A program made the position numbers and the translations under genes. A stretch of 64,000 nt of DNA from the NCBI RefSeq assembly GCF_009914755.1, contig NC_060932.1. The stretch is one strand, 5' to 3'. Numbering within the stretch: the stretch's first letter is position 1; each line of letters starts with the position of its first letter. The DNA comes from the human T2T-CHM13v2.0 reference genome, Homo sapiens. This document shows, in pieces, positions 36,378 to 60,020 of this stretch. Under the pieces are notes generated by a model. The model was not told the DNA's origin. It saw only the letters and a program-made list of their open reading frames with translations, and did not search any database.

Positions 36378-37253
36378 ATGAACAGGGTAAACAGACAACC
36401 TAAAGAAAGGGAGAAAATTTTTCCAAAATATGCATCTGAAAAATGTCTAATATCCAGCATCTATAAGGAACTTGGACAAATTTACACGACAAAAACAACC
36501 CCATTAAAACATGGACAAAGGACATGAACAGACACTTTTTAAAAGAAGACATACATGTTGCCAACAATCGTGGAAAAAAGCTCACCATCACTGATCGTTA
36601 GAGAAATGCAAATTAAAACCAAAATGAGATACCATCTCACACCAGTTACAATGGCTATTACTGAAAAACCGAGATATAAAAGATGCTGGTGAGGTTGTGG
36701 AGAGAAAGGAACACTTAAATACTGTTTGTGCAAATGTAAATTAGTTCAACCATTATGGAAGACAGTGTGGTGATTCCTCAAAGACCTAAAGACAGAAATA
36801 TCATTGGACCTAGCAATCCATTATTGGGTATATGCCCAAGGGAATAAAATCATTCTATTATAAAGACACATGCATGCATATGTTCAGTGCAGCACTATTC
36901 ACCACAGCAAAGCCATGGAAGCAACCTAAATGCCCATCAGTGATAGACTGGATAAAGAAAACATGGTACATATACACCATGGAATACTATGCAGCTTTAA
37001 AAAAGAATGAGATCATGTCCTTTACAGGAACATGGATGGAGCTGGAGGCCATTATTCTTAGCAAACAAATGCAGGAAGAGAAAACCAAATACTGCATGTT
37101 TTCATTTATAACTGGGAGCTAAACGATGAGAACACATGGACACATAAAGGGGAACAATAGACACTGCGGTCTCCCGGATGGTGGAAAGTGAGAAAAGGGA
37201 GAGGATCAGGAAAAATAACTAATGGGTACTAGGCTTAATAGCTGGGTGATGAA
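36378..37253 (+). mobile_element. Older primate L1 3' fragment (about L1PA13-16)
   Basis: ORF2 C-terminal remnant (YYKDTCMHMF..., WIKKTWYIYTMEYYAA) and 3'UTR gagaggatcaggaaaaataactaatgggtactaggc. Confidence 0.85.
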
Positions 37254-37993
37254 TCTAGGTTAGGCACAAAGGTACTCCAGAGCTCTAGGGAAGCCAAGGG
37301 CACCTGCTACTTATATATAAAGCAGGTATCTTAACCACAGCTTTTATGACAAGACAAATTATTATTCCAAGGGCTAGGGCCATATTGAGCTGAAAACATT
37401 CTTATTAGTATGGACTCATATTCCAGGTATTAACAAAGACACCTAAATAATCTGAAAGGCGTTTTCTAAAATTAATAACCTGATTACAGAATGGAAGACG
37501 TATGCATTTATGAGTTTCTTTGAAAACTCATGGATTTCTAGTTAGCATGTGAGCTCTGCAAAGCAGGAATCTTGACTTCGTTCACTCAGTCCTGCTTAGC
37601 TCTCAGCATGGAGGCTGCAGGTTTACGGACACTCAGTAATCCTGATGGCCTGAATGAATGAGTGAATGAATGAATGAATGAATGAGAACCCAGGATGCAT
37701 ATCATTCTTAAGTATTCAAAAGAATTGAAATTTTCAGTCTGATATTAGCTTTTCTTTGTCTGTAAGGGGTAGGTTATTTTATTTAAAATGACATTACAAC
37801 TCCATTACAATGATTAGTTGTTAAACATGATTCGTCTTTTCTCATTTGACATGACAAATTCCTCCTCGAGATTTTAATATGTATACAAGTGAAATACTGG
37901 AGTTTCTACCCCATCCTGAAATTTACTAAATTGGTGAGTCTAATACAAATACTAAAGCACTCACTGATTGATTTTGTGTTAAATGGTCTAAAA

Positions 37994-38290
37994 CATGAGT
38001 TGGCAAACTATATACTGGAAATCAAATCTGGCCCATCAGCTAGTATTGTAGCTTGAAAGCTAAGAATGGTTTTACATTTTTTAAATGGTTAAAAAATATC
38101 AAAATAAAAATATTAATTTATGACACATGAAATTCAAACACATCTCTGACCACTCATACATGCGTTGTCTGTAGCTGCCTTTGGGCTACACAGCCACAGA
38201 GCTGAGGACCTGCCTTGGAGACCACAGGACCTGCAAAGCCTAAAATAGCTACTCTCTGACTCTTCAGGGAAAAGGTTTGCTCCTCCCCGG
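37994..38290. mobile_element. hAT MITE (MER58B-like)
   Basis: gttggcaaacta...aaatctggccc...gctaagaatggttttacattttttaaatggtt...cctgcaaagcctaaaata...aaaggtttgc. Confidence 0.65.
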
Positions 38291-38929
38291 TACAGAACTA
38301 TAATTATGAAATAATATTTTTGCATTTATATGGCATTTTTCTTTGCATGTATATGGCATTTCCCTTACCTTGCTCTTTCCCATTAATTCTCATGTCTTTG
38401 AGTTAAGCAAATTGAAAAAGTGCTTTATTATCTGCTTCCTCACCCTGAATTGAACTCTTTATGCATATAACTAGGTTATCATTTTCTCAAAGTTGCTCTT
38501 CAGGGTGAGATCCTCGCCCAAAATAGAAACGCCACCTCTGTGAGGCTCCCTGGCTTTGGGTGTTGCAGGATCAATGGGAACCAGCAGCTGGAGTTTTGTG
38601 TCGGGTGCCTCCGTGTTTCAGTGGCCGAACAGGTTTGGAAAACACATAGAAGGAGTATATCCTCCAGCCCCATCGGGGTGCATCAACTCAGCCCAGACTC
38701 CAGAGGAAAGACAGTGGCATGGATACAAGAACGTTCCACCTAATTAAGGATAAACATTCCTCATTTCATTTCTGAAAATGTCAGAGTGCTTCAATAACTA
38801 CAGAGAGGGTCCACCGAGAACAAACCCCCCTCGAAGAGCAGAGGCTGAGGATGGCTCCAGTGCTTAGGGAGAGAAACATTTTTGACAATCCCTTTCTTCA
38901 TATTTTCCAAAGTAATACGTGGTTCTTGA

Positions 38930-40330
38930 GTATTACACAAAACAAAATGAGAACCTCGACCTACCTCAAGAGTTAGGCAAGGGGCTCTTCGACTTGACAA
39001 CAGAAGCACAATCCATAAAAGCCAAAATGAATAAATGAGACTTCATCAAAACAGAAAAGCTTTTGCTCTAAAAAAGACCCTGTGAAGAGGATGGAAAGAC
39101 AAGCTACAGACTGGGAGAAAATGCTTGAAAGCCACGTATCTGACAACAGACTAGTGTCTTAAAAATATAAAGAATGCTCAAGACTGAAGAGTAAAGAAAA
39201 ATAAAATCCCATCAGAAAATGGGAAAAGGAACAACAACAACAACAAACAAATACCAAAAAAAACCTTTCACTGTAGAGGAAACACAGGTGAGAACTATAA
39301 AACATGAAAAGATGCTCTAAATTAGTAGCCATTAAGCAAATAAATGCAGAGATATCACTGCATCCTTATAAGCACACTTAAATTTAAAATTTCTACTATA
39401 TATGTTTTCTAAATGATGTAAATACCATAGACAATTTTATATCGTCTGTAAAATATCAAATGTTGCATAGGAGGCAGAAAAACAGAATCACGTACGCGTT
39501 GCTGGTGAGAATGTAAAATGGTACAGCCATTCTGGAAAATTATTTGGCAGTTAAAAGCGAAACATTCAATTCTGCAATTGCATTCTTGGGCATTTATCTC
39601 AGAGAAATAGAAACTTACGTTCCCATGATAAAGATAACAAATATGGTGCAGTATATACGGCTTGGGTGATGGGTGCGCCAAAATCCTACAAATCACCACT
39701 GAAGAACTTACTCGTGTAACCAAATACCACCTGAACCCCAAAAACTTACAGAAAAATAAAATAATTTTAAAAAGAAAACCTGCACGTGAATGTTCATCAC
39801 AGCCGTACTCATAGGAGTCCCAATCTGGAAATTACCCAGGTGTCCTTCCGCGGTGAGTGATTAAACCAACTGCTGCCTCCATTCCCTGGAGTTCTCTGCA
39901 GGAATCTAAAGGAATATGCCCTGGATTCATGCAACAAGCCGGCCCCATCAGCACCCACAGAAAGGTACTGAATGAAGAGGCCAGTCCGAGAGACGACACA
40001 CTGCCTGATTCCCTCCACAGCACATTTGTGAAATGATCAAAAGTCTGGAAGTACAGAATAGATGAATGGCTGCCAGGGATTACGAAGGGATGCGGGCCGA
40101 GGTCAATGGGTACGGCTATCAAAGAGCAGCCTGTGGGATCCTATTCCTGGGGGAAATGTCCTACTTATTGATAGTATCAATGTCAACGCGTGGGCTGTGA
40201 TAGTGAACTCTAGTTCTACAGGATGTTACTCTTGGGGGAAACTGGGTAAAGTGTGCACAGGGTCTCTGTTTTATTTGTTGCCACTCTAAGTGGATCTATG
40301 ATTACCCCAAAGTAAAACAAGTTCAATTAA
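38930..40330 (+). mobile_element. Old L1M fragment containing a short L1PB-like 3' end (~39630-39775)
   Basis: gacttcatcaaaa...agctacagactgggagaaaat...gtacagccattctggaaa...aatgttcatcacagc typical of L1M. Confidence 0.7.
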
Positions 40331-40424
40331 AAAAGTAAAGGTTATGTATGTCTGAGTTGCAGTATTCATTTGAATTATGGACAGTGAATGCAAACCATTT
40401 TATTTCTAAAATTATGCTCATATG

Positions 40425-40427
<3 letters not shown>

Positions 40428-40488
<61 letters not shown>
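40428..40488. repeat. (TA)n(CA)n microsatellite
   Basis: About 23 TA units followed by CA units. Confidence 0.95.
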
Positions 40489-41278
40489 TAGTTAATTTCA
40501 AAATTCCGAGAGGTTAAAACATTGCCAATAAGCGTCACAGAAGTCATGTATTTCTGAATGTACCTTTGTGACAGAAGGCAATATGAATCTCATGATTGTG
40601 AAACTCCTGACAAATATTGGTAAATCTGAAGATGACAGTATCCATTTTCAGCATCACCCATTGCTGGGGATAATGACCATTCTCTTGGAATAATAATAAA
40701 TACTAAACCAAAGAAAGTGTCCTTTCCAGTTAACATAATTACTGTTTATCCAAGAGGCGCTATAAATGCTATTACTTCGGGCCAAATGAAAAAAAAAAGA
40801 AAAAGAAAAAATCAAAGGACAAAGATTCCCTGTTAAAACCTCTGAAAATGTGAAAGATTATAGTCAGTGGAAGCACAGGTATTAAAGTAGAGGTATAGAC
40901 AGAATAAGTGACATTATTCAAGCAAACATGGAATACCTGGTGTAATCTGCCCCTCGAGAGTTCATTGTAATGTCTCATAGTGGAAAATGTCCTTTAATAA
41001 GCTTAGTGTTTAACAAGTACTTAATAGTTATAAAAACATGCCATAATGTATACCTATTAAACATAAGTAAATGAATTCTACAATCTACAAAAATGTATGT
41101 AATAGAAATAAGTAAATTACTTTTATTTTGTACAAGAGGGAATGTGAACTTCATTGCAAGAGAAAACTCAGTAGGAATCCTATGAAAAAGTTTGTTGTTA
41201 ATTAAAAGACGTAATATTCAAGAAGTATTATGGACATTACAGTTATTAAGCTAGGCAATAAATCTCCTTGACCCATAA

Positions 41279-41798
<520 letters not shown>

Positions 41799-43299
41799 TA
41801 ATACATTCAAGTAATTTTTGAAATTTCTTACAAATAAATGTTTTAATATTTTTAGTATGAAATTATATTTTTGAGAGATTGATAACATATAGTTACCCAA
41901 ATTAGAAAATGTAAAACACAAAAATAGGATAAGTGAATACTGTTCACAATAGTATTTGAATCACTTATGCCAATTAAGTTCTTAAGATGGCATTGTAAAG
42001 TCAACTAACTTTCTTTAATAAATGAATTGTGACTTCTCTGACACAAAGACACTAATAGTTTTGCTTTCATCATGTGAAGATTAGACATCTGTGGGAAAAC
42101 CAAGTATGTCTCTTCTTTGATGTGTAAAAATAGTACACTGTTTAAAGTTATTTTAAAAACACTTTTTACCTAATGGTAACGCTAACATTTAAACTTTGAA
42201 TGCAGCATAAAATTCTATTTTTTGCATCCTCATGAAACTGAAAGATCCTTAATTTGTTTATTTAAAGAGACTTCAGTTTTTTTCATAGTAACAATGAAAC
42301 GAAATTTGAAAATTCAAACTTTATTTCCCAGAGATCCTTTTCTAAACATTTATTCACCTCAATAATATGATTAAACTGATTCCCAGCTTTCTAGCAGGTA
42401 TGAACAATAAAAATCTGTATATTGACACAAGGCAGACTTGAGGTGAGGAAGTAATTATTAGATTTCTTAGGAAACATTCTCTGCGAATTCACCAGTTCTT
42501 TATTAACAATAAGTACCTGGTTTGGAATTTCATTATGTTATGGAAACCTCAGGTGGCGTAGTAATGTGAAGATCTGGTATTATAACATTAGTGTGATACA
42601 GTGCTATTTACTTGTGTTCTATCTTTTCCTGTTTCTAAGTCAAAATTCCACTCGCTATGTGCCTTTTTGCCACACAAGTGTCAGGAGAATCTGATTTCTG
42701 TCAGTTTGAATCGAGTGAGGTGATCAGGAGGCCAAAGAGAGGGAAAAATCTAATTTGAGAACTGCACACTGAATCATTTACCACGTAATGCTTCCCTGGA
42801 GTGGATATGCCTCTAGAACAGAGAATAAATATTAACAATCATTTATATTTGCAGAAAACGTATAAATCGAACTGCTTTTGTGTTTCTTTCTTCTAAGGGA
42901 AGTACTCATCAAAACTGTGGGGTCGTAAAAAGAGTATTGTGTCCTAATTTAACTTAATTAACTAGGAAATGATTGCTAATAGAGTTTAATCTACATGATT
43001 AAGGGTACATAGCTAGTAAAGATGAGGCTAAACCCAGGCCAGAAACAGTGCCTCTGTTTTGCCTACTGTAAAAACTATACTGATACTATATGTGTGGGTG
43101 GGCTGTGTGTGGGTGTGTGTGGCCTGTGTGTGTATACATTTTTCTTGTACTCAGTGTCAGAATTGCTAACATCGGTATAGCTTATATATTCTTTAATAAC
43201 GATGAATGCTGCTAAGTATATTACCAGGGTCTGCACCCCAGCTGTATTTTAACCACCTCTGTGAGAATTTAAATTATATGGGAAAAGCATCTTTAGGGC

Positions 43300-46200
<2,901 letters not shown>

Positions 46201-46536
46201 CAGAGGGGAACAGGATTCCATGAAGACAGGGTCATTGCCCTGTGTGGGCTCAGTTGCCTCTGTCTGCCCTTCCTGGTAGTTTTATGAGGGACGGGCCAAT
46301 CTTTGCCTTCCACAGCATTGATCTCCAATGCCCATGGGGTACTCAGGGCACAATAGGAAGAGACGGGATATTTGTAGGTGAATGTATGAACTGATATCTG
46401 AATGAATGAATGAATGAATGAGTGAATATCGAATGGTAAGTTTGTTGCTTCAGAATGATTACACTAGTGCCATCATGCACACAATGAGGCCAGGGCGACT
46501 CTCCCATCAGGGTGTGGTCAGATGGTTCATTTCCTA

Positions 46537-46831
46537 TTTTTTTTTTTTTTTTTTTTTTTTGAGACGGAGTTTTGCTCTGTCACCCAGGCTGGAGCGTGAT
46601 CTCAGCTCACTGCAAGCTCCGCCTCCGAGGTTCACGCCATTCTCCTGCCTCAACCTCCCGAGTAACTGGGACTACAGGTGCCCGCCACCGCGCCCAGCTG
46701 ATTTTTTTGTATTTTTAGTAGAGACAGGGTTTCACCGTGTTAGCCAGGATGGTCTCAATTTCCTGACCTCATCCGCCCACCTCGGCCTCCTAAAGTGCTG
46801 GGATTACAGGCGTGAGCCACCGTGCCAGGCC
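46537..46831 (-). mobile_element. AluY
   Basis: AluY diagnostics; TSD cagatggttcattt on both sides. Confidence 0.93.
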
Positions 46832-48285
46832 CAGATGGTTCATTTTAATGTTTGTCTTGGTGACTGGCATTTTTTGTGTTCTCATTACTGAAACAATTTA
46901 TTTCCGAATAACATGTTTTTAAAGACATTGTGATAATCCAGTGAATTAAATGTGGACCATTTCTTTCTCCATGGGGTACTGTTGTCTACCTCTGCCTACC
47001 TACTCCTGTGTTGATTGGGAGTTTGAGACTTATCAGAAAATTTTATGCCCAGGGTCCTGGGGGACAGTGGGGCCTGAAATGACTGTTGCCTGAGGTATGG
47101 ACAAACACCCTTCCAACATGAGCTGGATTCATATTAGCAGAAAGGTGGCCATAAGTGATATTCCAGCTAGTATTTTTTATAGAAAGAAGCTGATATTCTA
47201 TTGAGTAATAAGTATTAAACCTCCATCCTCAAGAATAGGAGAAGTGCCATTTTACATGTCTTGATTCTCTCCTTCGATTTGTAATCAGTCTCGCTAATGT
47301 TAGAGAAAATGAATCAGAGCTAAAATCCTGTCATCCCCCAGTATACAAGACTTAGAACTTCAGCTAAACCAGCATCTTAGTTTCAATCAATTCAGCACGC
47401 ATTCTTCGTATCTGTGTCATGGACCAGGTGTCCACGGGACAGAAAGCTGAATGCAGCTGTCTTTGGGCCTATGCTGTTCACAATCTATGATCCTAAGTGG
47501 TCAATCATAAAAATGTGCGGCCAGTTCTCTGCCGTTCCCATGAGGAAGATGCCGAGAGCAGAGGGGAGCGATGGCTCCAGCTACGCTTGTCTTGTGCTGC
47601 CCTTCATAGGCAGAGAAACTTGGACCATCAACCACACAGGCTTACGGCTGGTTTTCTCCCATAAAACAGTCCCAGCCTGTTCTGCCATGGGCAGCACCAA
47701 AGGCCTCTCCTGTAATAAACAACAAATGATGTTTTAAAATGAAAATGCACCTATTAAGTTATCTTCCAATAAAGTAGGGAGAGGTGTCATGTAGCTGTTA
47801 CATTACTACCACTATTTACGGAGAAATCAATCTCGCAAAACCTGAGAATGAAACATGGTTGCAGAGCCATTTTTCCCTGGGACTGGGGGAGCTGACAGTG
47901 CCACACTGAGCGTTTATTTAACCCCCAGAGTAAAGGTCAGCTTTGTGTGCTGAACTCCATTTTCGTGAGTTTTATGCATGATTAAATGGTAATTAAGCTT
48001 TAATGAAAAGTGTCAGGCTGATTACAATTAACATAATTGCAGTAGTCAGTTCATGTCCTTCTGTTTTACATGCTGTGCAGAGCTGGCAGGACAGTGGACC
48101 TTTAATGGGGTTTGGATATCTCATGAGCCTCTAAAGCTCCTTTTTCTAGTGGAGAAAATTTAGTCTTCCATAAAGTGAAGGTAAACGCACATAAAGCAAA
48201 GTTTAGGTCACAACCCTACTCCATTGATGGCCATCAACATGCACGTAGACATGAAGCATGGAAGATGAGCAAGGACTTTCTCTAA

Positions 48286-48605
<320 letters not shown>

Positions 48606-49007
48606 TTTCCATCCTCTTACTAGACAGTTGTTCCTGCCTCAAGATTATTTTAAAGCAGTGAAAAAAAATGATCAGTTTTAATGAAGAAAATTTACCAGGT
48701 GATAGATTAAAAACTATGGTTACTTAAAAAATGACCATTGAACTTCATAAAACTATTCTGCCTGATTTCCAACTGGTATCAAAATTTTAAGTGATCAAGA
48801 GTAAAAGAACTTTATCAAGAATTATAACACTTAACAGGTCGACACAGATGCAGCCCTTTTATTATATAGGTATAATGTGTTCTTTACTCATCAAAGCAAG
48901 TCTACAGTATCAAGTACTTCTGATAATAAACATACAAAACCATTTACTTTAAACTATTTATCAACAGTGGATGTAAAATAATCCAGAGGGGAAGGAACTT
49001 TGCTATT

Positions 49008-54903
<5,896 letters not shown>

Positions 54904-57839
54904 TTATTAAAATAGCAGTTACATATTTATTAAAGGCTTTACTATGAAAATTTTGAATTAAGCTCAGCTCAATTACAAAGCATATTGTTTACAGTAGATG
55001 AAGAGGTATTCATTATGCAAAGTCATACTAATATTTTCAACATTTATGCACGTGGAAAATTTTCACGCATATCTAATTAGCAGACACTTGTTGGATATAG
55101 ATTATATGTCATGTTCTAGGAAAACAAAGACCATCTGCCCTCAAGTAACTTAATCCACTGTATTAATAAAATGGTAACCCACAATGGGCTAAGCACTATT
55201 ATAGAAGTATAAACATTGTGTTTGGGGACTGGAAGTGACAATATGATTGTCTTCGCTAAAGAAACCTTTGAATGTGAGATAGGCACACTGGAATTTCTTG
55301 TGCAACAAGGCGGGGAAGGTCAGTCCAGTGTGTAACAGGAACACACATCCAAGCTGAGAGAGGCTAGCATCTGAATAGAGGTTTCTGTAGGCTTTGCCAG
55401 AGTGGAGGATGGTGATTGAGGATGATGTTGAAAATTGATTAGGGGAAGTTTTCAGAGGGTTTTGTGGCCTTATTTTTGGCAGTGGGGAGAATGAGAAGTC
55501 ACCCTGGCTGAGATGAGAAGATAGGGGAGAGTTCTGAGCAGAAGTGAGGCGTTGCCCAAGTTGCTGCGGAAAAGGTTCACCTGGGTGCCTGTGCGCAGGT
55601 GGGCCAGAAAGTACGCAGGTGCACGAAGAAGGAAGCCCGTGAGCAAGGCAGGGCGGCTCAGACCCCCAGCGGCGTAGACCAAGGCGGCAGGGCACAGGTT
55701 GGGAGAATTGGATTTTGGATCTATTTTGAATAGGGACTCCACTGAATGCATTGTTGGATTCTCTGTGTGGTGTGAGATCTACAGAGGTCTAAAAATGGCT
55801 CCAAAAGTTTCATCCTGACAGCCTGAGCCACTGGCAGGATGGAGTTGACTTTACCAAAACCGGGAAGATGTCAAGGGGCCCAGGATTGGGAAAAGCATGA
55901 ACAAGGACTGTCGTTGAGTTTCAGGTGTTGAGTTGCCTCTCTGCATCTCTGCAGCAAAGCAGAGACATCAAGAAGGCAGGTGGACACTCAGGGGAGAAGC
56001 CTGGGAGGCTGGCTGGTGTTTCCTAAGGAGTACCAGAATTGGACATTTATTAACTAGTAATGGGATTGGGGGGATGAATTATGTCCAAGGGTTACATTAA
56101 ACCACATGGAATTGCCAACATTCCATCATTTCTTCCCTACAAAAGTGACAATTTTATACAGTTCAAATTGGTACACATGAAAAGCTGAGTAAAAGAAAAG
56201 TAAGCAAGCGTCATTTCTGCAGAAACCTTCGTGGGTATCTTAATGTTTGTTGCTTCTTAAAAAATATTTGGATAGAGAAGAAAGGGAGACCCAAGGACAA
56301 GCCCTCCTGGCATCTGATCTTTAGAGTTTCAAGGGAAAAAATATATGAATCAGCCAAAGAGCCAATGATAGAGTGACCCTTGGAATAAGGAGGAACAAGA
56401 GAGAATAATAAGATGAAAAACAATTGAAGAAAGAGTTTCCAGAAGAGAGAGTCAAATAAGTGTTCAAAAAGCTCCAATGTAACATGGAATTACAAGATAG
56501 AGAGGTAGTGCAACCCTGATGTTAAATTATTTTTTAAAATGTACTTCAAAGTGTGCTTGGGAAAAATATGGTAATTCAAATGTGTCCAAGAAAACAAATA
56601 TTCACATAACTATTTTCTCTCCAATAATTTAATCACACCTCTAATGCTTATTTCACATGTTACTGACATAGAATCAAGTAAAAATAGCCTACTAAGAAAT
56701 CTCATTTAATACAATTGAATAAATGTCATTTTTGCTTGGAAACAATGGCCACACTTAAAACATCAATCATATGAGGAAAACATTTCTTTTTGAGTTCTAT
56801 TTAAAAATTTTGAAAATCATAACTAATTCCAATGTTTTAAATTATAAAATTAGCATGGTTTATGAATCACAACACAATCTAATTTATAGGTAAAGTTCCT
56901 CGTTTTTTTTTGGTCCCAGGTTCATAAAGACAAAAAAATGAGAGATTTCCATCTTCCCACCCATCCTCCCACCTACAAAAGAGTAGTGATGGCTTCTTGG
57001 GTGTGATGGACAGGCTGTTTTGCACTTTGTGAAGAGTTTCCCACCTTTGGTTTGGAAAGACACCAGCTTGATTTAGTTTCATGGCTGGATTCGCCAGTGA
57101 GGGGACGAATGTGGGTGGAGTGAGAGGGACATAACAGCCCAGTTTCTTCCTGCAGTGAAGCAGGGTAACTGGGTCAGTTTCTTAATTACGACTGAGGGGT
57201 TATAGGAACCTTCTTTTCTAAAACTAGAAAACCAGGACATGATTTATTCCAGGTGTAGGAGTCAAATGTTTATCAGGTTCTCAGGGAGATGGAGACTGGT
57301 GCCCGATTCTCACTGGTTCCCAGAAGTGGCAAGCTACATTTTGTGGAGAGTAGCTGAATGACTGGCTTTGGGGTGGTCAGACCAGCGTCTTCGTGTTCCA
57401 GCCTGAGATCCTTAGAGAGAAACACATGACATGAATTACTGTGGCCGCCCAGACCGTTGGCCCCCAAATGAGAGCACGAGGGAATATAATGACTAGTGGA
57501 GAGGCAGGACCATGTCCCTCTCTGGACTCACCACACTGAATCATCCAGCAACTCCCTGGCCATCCAAAATTGGCAGCAGATTTTAAAAATAGACTGGTAT
57601 TGGACTTCTTGTCAACTCGAATGCATGGGAGCTAGAACTGGATATAATTTGTCTTAGGAAAATGACTTTTATTTTACAGCCCTGATTGTAGTACACTCAC
57701 AGGCATTTCATATGCTTGCCAAGGTCCTTTACAGAACTGTATTTTTTAAAATGCCACATGGTACGTATGACAATCCCAGTGGGATAATTTGAGAGTTTCT
57801 TGCCTAAGGTTGGGTTTGGAAATTCTAGGAAGAAGGGAT

Positions 57840-58218
57840 TATATTAGTCTGCTCTCATGCAGCTAATAAAAACATACCTGAGACTGGGTGATTTATAAAG
57901 GAAAGAGGTTTAATTAACTCACAGTTCAGCATGGCTGGGGAGGCCTCAGGAAACTTACAATCATGGAGGAAGGTGAAGGGGAAGCAAAGCACCTTCTTTA
58001 GAGGGTGTTAGAAAGGAGAAGTGCAAGCAGGAGAAATGCCAGACCCTTATAAAACCAACAGATCTCATGAGACTCACTTATTGTCATGAGAACAGCATGG
58101 GGGAAACTGCCCTCATGATCCAACCACCTCCACCTGGTCCCACCCTTGACACATATGGATTATGAGCATTACAATTCAAGGTGAGATTTGGGTGGGGACG
58201 TAGAACCTAACCGTATCA
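57840..58218 (-). mobile_element. MaLR solo LTR (THE1D/MSTA-like)
   Basis: tattagtctgctctcatgc...ggctggggaggcctcaggaaacttacaatcatgg...ccgtatca. Confidence 0.85.
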
Positions 58219-59408
58219 GGAAGGTTACTTGGAATTAGTACAGAGATCCGGAAAGAGATGGTCAATGCAGCAGCTTGAGCAAAGCCGTCCGTGTTGATCT
58301 TGGGGCACATCGGCCCCCGGGGTACCTGAAGAGAGGGGTACTAGGCCTCTGTGCCCTGACATGCCCTCCTACCCCATCTCTTCACCCATGCTGGGGCTTC
58401 TTATTGGAATAACCCAATACAGGTTTGCCTCGAGAGCCACAGAGTAGTTAAAGGAAGAGAAAGTAGTAGATTTGGGGCCAAAGGGAAAATAAATGACATC
58501 CAGCGTGGAATTATGGAAGACAGAAATGTCCTTAGAAATTGATACTCTATCCTCATTTCATAAATAAAGTAAAAATAACAGAGACAAAAGGTCAGTCTCA
58601 AAGCATTAGAGGTCAAGATAGAAACTCACATTTCCAGAGTTATAGTCTAGACTATGCTTTTTAAATGTTGTACCACTCTAAGTTTTTATATCTTGTTTTT
58701 CCTTTCAATAAACTTCTAAAGACAATCTTGCAGAAAATCCTTCATTTAAATGCCTCAGAGTCAATGTTATATTTTAGCCCCTAAATGAGTATTTCTGAAA
58801 ATTTATACCAGAATTTGGATTTATTAACTAGTGATAGGGTTGGAGGGATGGATCCTTTCCAAGTGTTACGTGAAACCATGTGAAATTGTCAACATTCAAT
58901 CATTTTTTACGTATAAAAATGACAATTTCATATGATTGAAACTAGTACACATGGAAAACTGAGTAAAAAATAGTTGTCATTTCTGTAGAAACTTTCATGG
59001 TGTCTTCATGCTTATTTCTTACTAAACACTAATATATTAATTAATTATATGAGAAGAAACATTTCCATGATCCTCAAATAATTATAATAAAGGGTCTTCT
59101 TCTTTTTTTCTACCCAAGTTAGAAAGATGTTCTCTGAAGAGAGAATCATGAATATATAGAAAAAAAAGAAGTGATGGCCGGGTTTCAACAGTGATTGTTA
59201 AAACAGGAAGATTTTAAAAGGCCAGGAATAAAACAAAGTACATTCTTTCCACATAATCCATGAACCCTCTTCTTAGATATCTAGTCAGGTGAACTGAAAA
59301 CTTACGTCCACACAAAAACCTGCACACAGATGTTTAGAGGCAGCTTTAGGCATAATTGCCAAAATTTTGAAGCAACCCATATGTCCTTCAATAAAAAAAT
59401 GGGTAAAC

Positions 59409-59702
59409 AGGCTGGGCGAGGTGGCTCACACCTGTAATCCCAGCACTTTGGGAGGCTGAAGCAGGTGGATCACCTGAGGTAAGGAGTTTGACACTAGCCT
59501 GGACAGGATAATGAAACCCTGTCTAGGCTAAAAATACAAAAAAATAGCCAGGTGTGTTGGTGCGTGCTTGTAATCCCAGCTACTCGGGAGGCTGAGGCAG
59601 GAGAATTCCTGGAACCCAGGAGGCAGAGGCTCCAGTGAGCCAAGAACATGCCACTGCACTCCAGCCTGGGCGACAAAGCAAGACTCCATCTCAAGGAAAA
59701 AA
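59409..59702 (+). mobile_element. Alu (AluS) inside an L1M fragment (~59255-60640)
   Basis: Dimeric Alu; TSD aaaaaa(t/c)gggtaaa. Confidence 0.9.
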
Positions 59703-60020
59703 ACGGGTAAATAAACTGTGGTACAACAAGTCAATAGAATATTATTCGGTGCTAAAAAGAAATGATCCGTACAGCCATGAAAAGACCTGGAGCTTGAAAG
59801 TGTCTTACTAAGTGAAAGAAGACAACATGAAGGGCCACACACTGCGTGATTCTAACTCTGTGACTTTCAGGAAAAGACAAAACTATGGCGACAGTGAAAA
59901 GAGTGATTGCTAGGAATTAGGAGGAAGGAAGGGATGAACAGGCAGAACACAGGGGATTGTTAGGGCAGGGAAATGACTGTTGGTGATGTTATTACTACAG
60001 ATGCATTTTTCCAAACTCAT

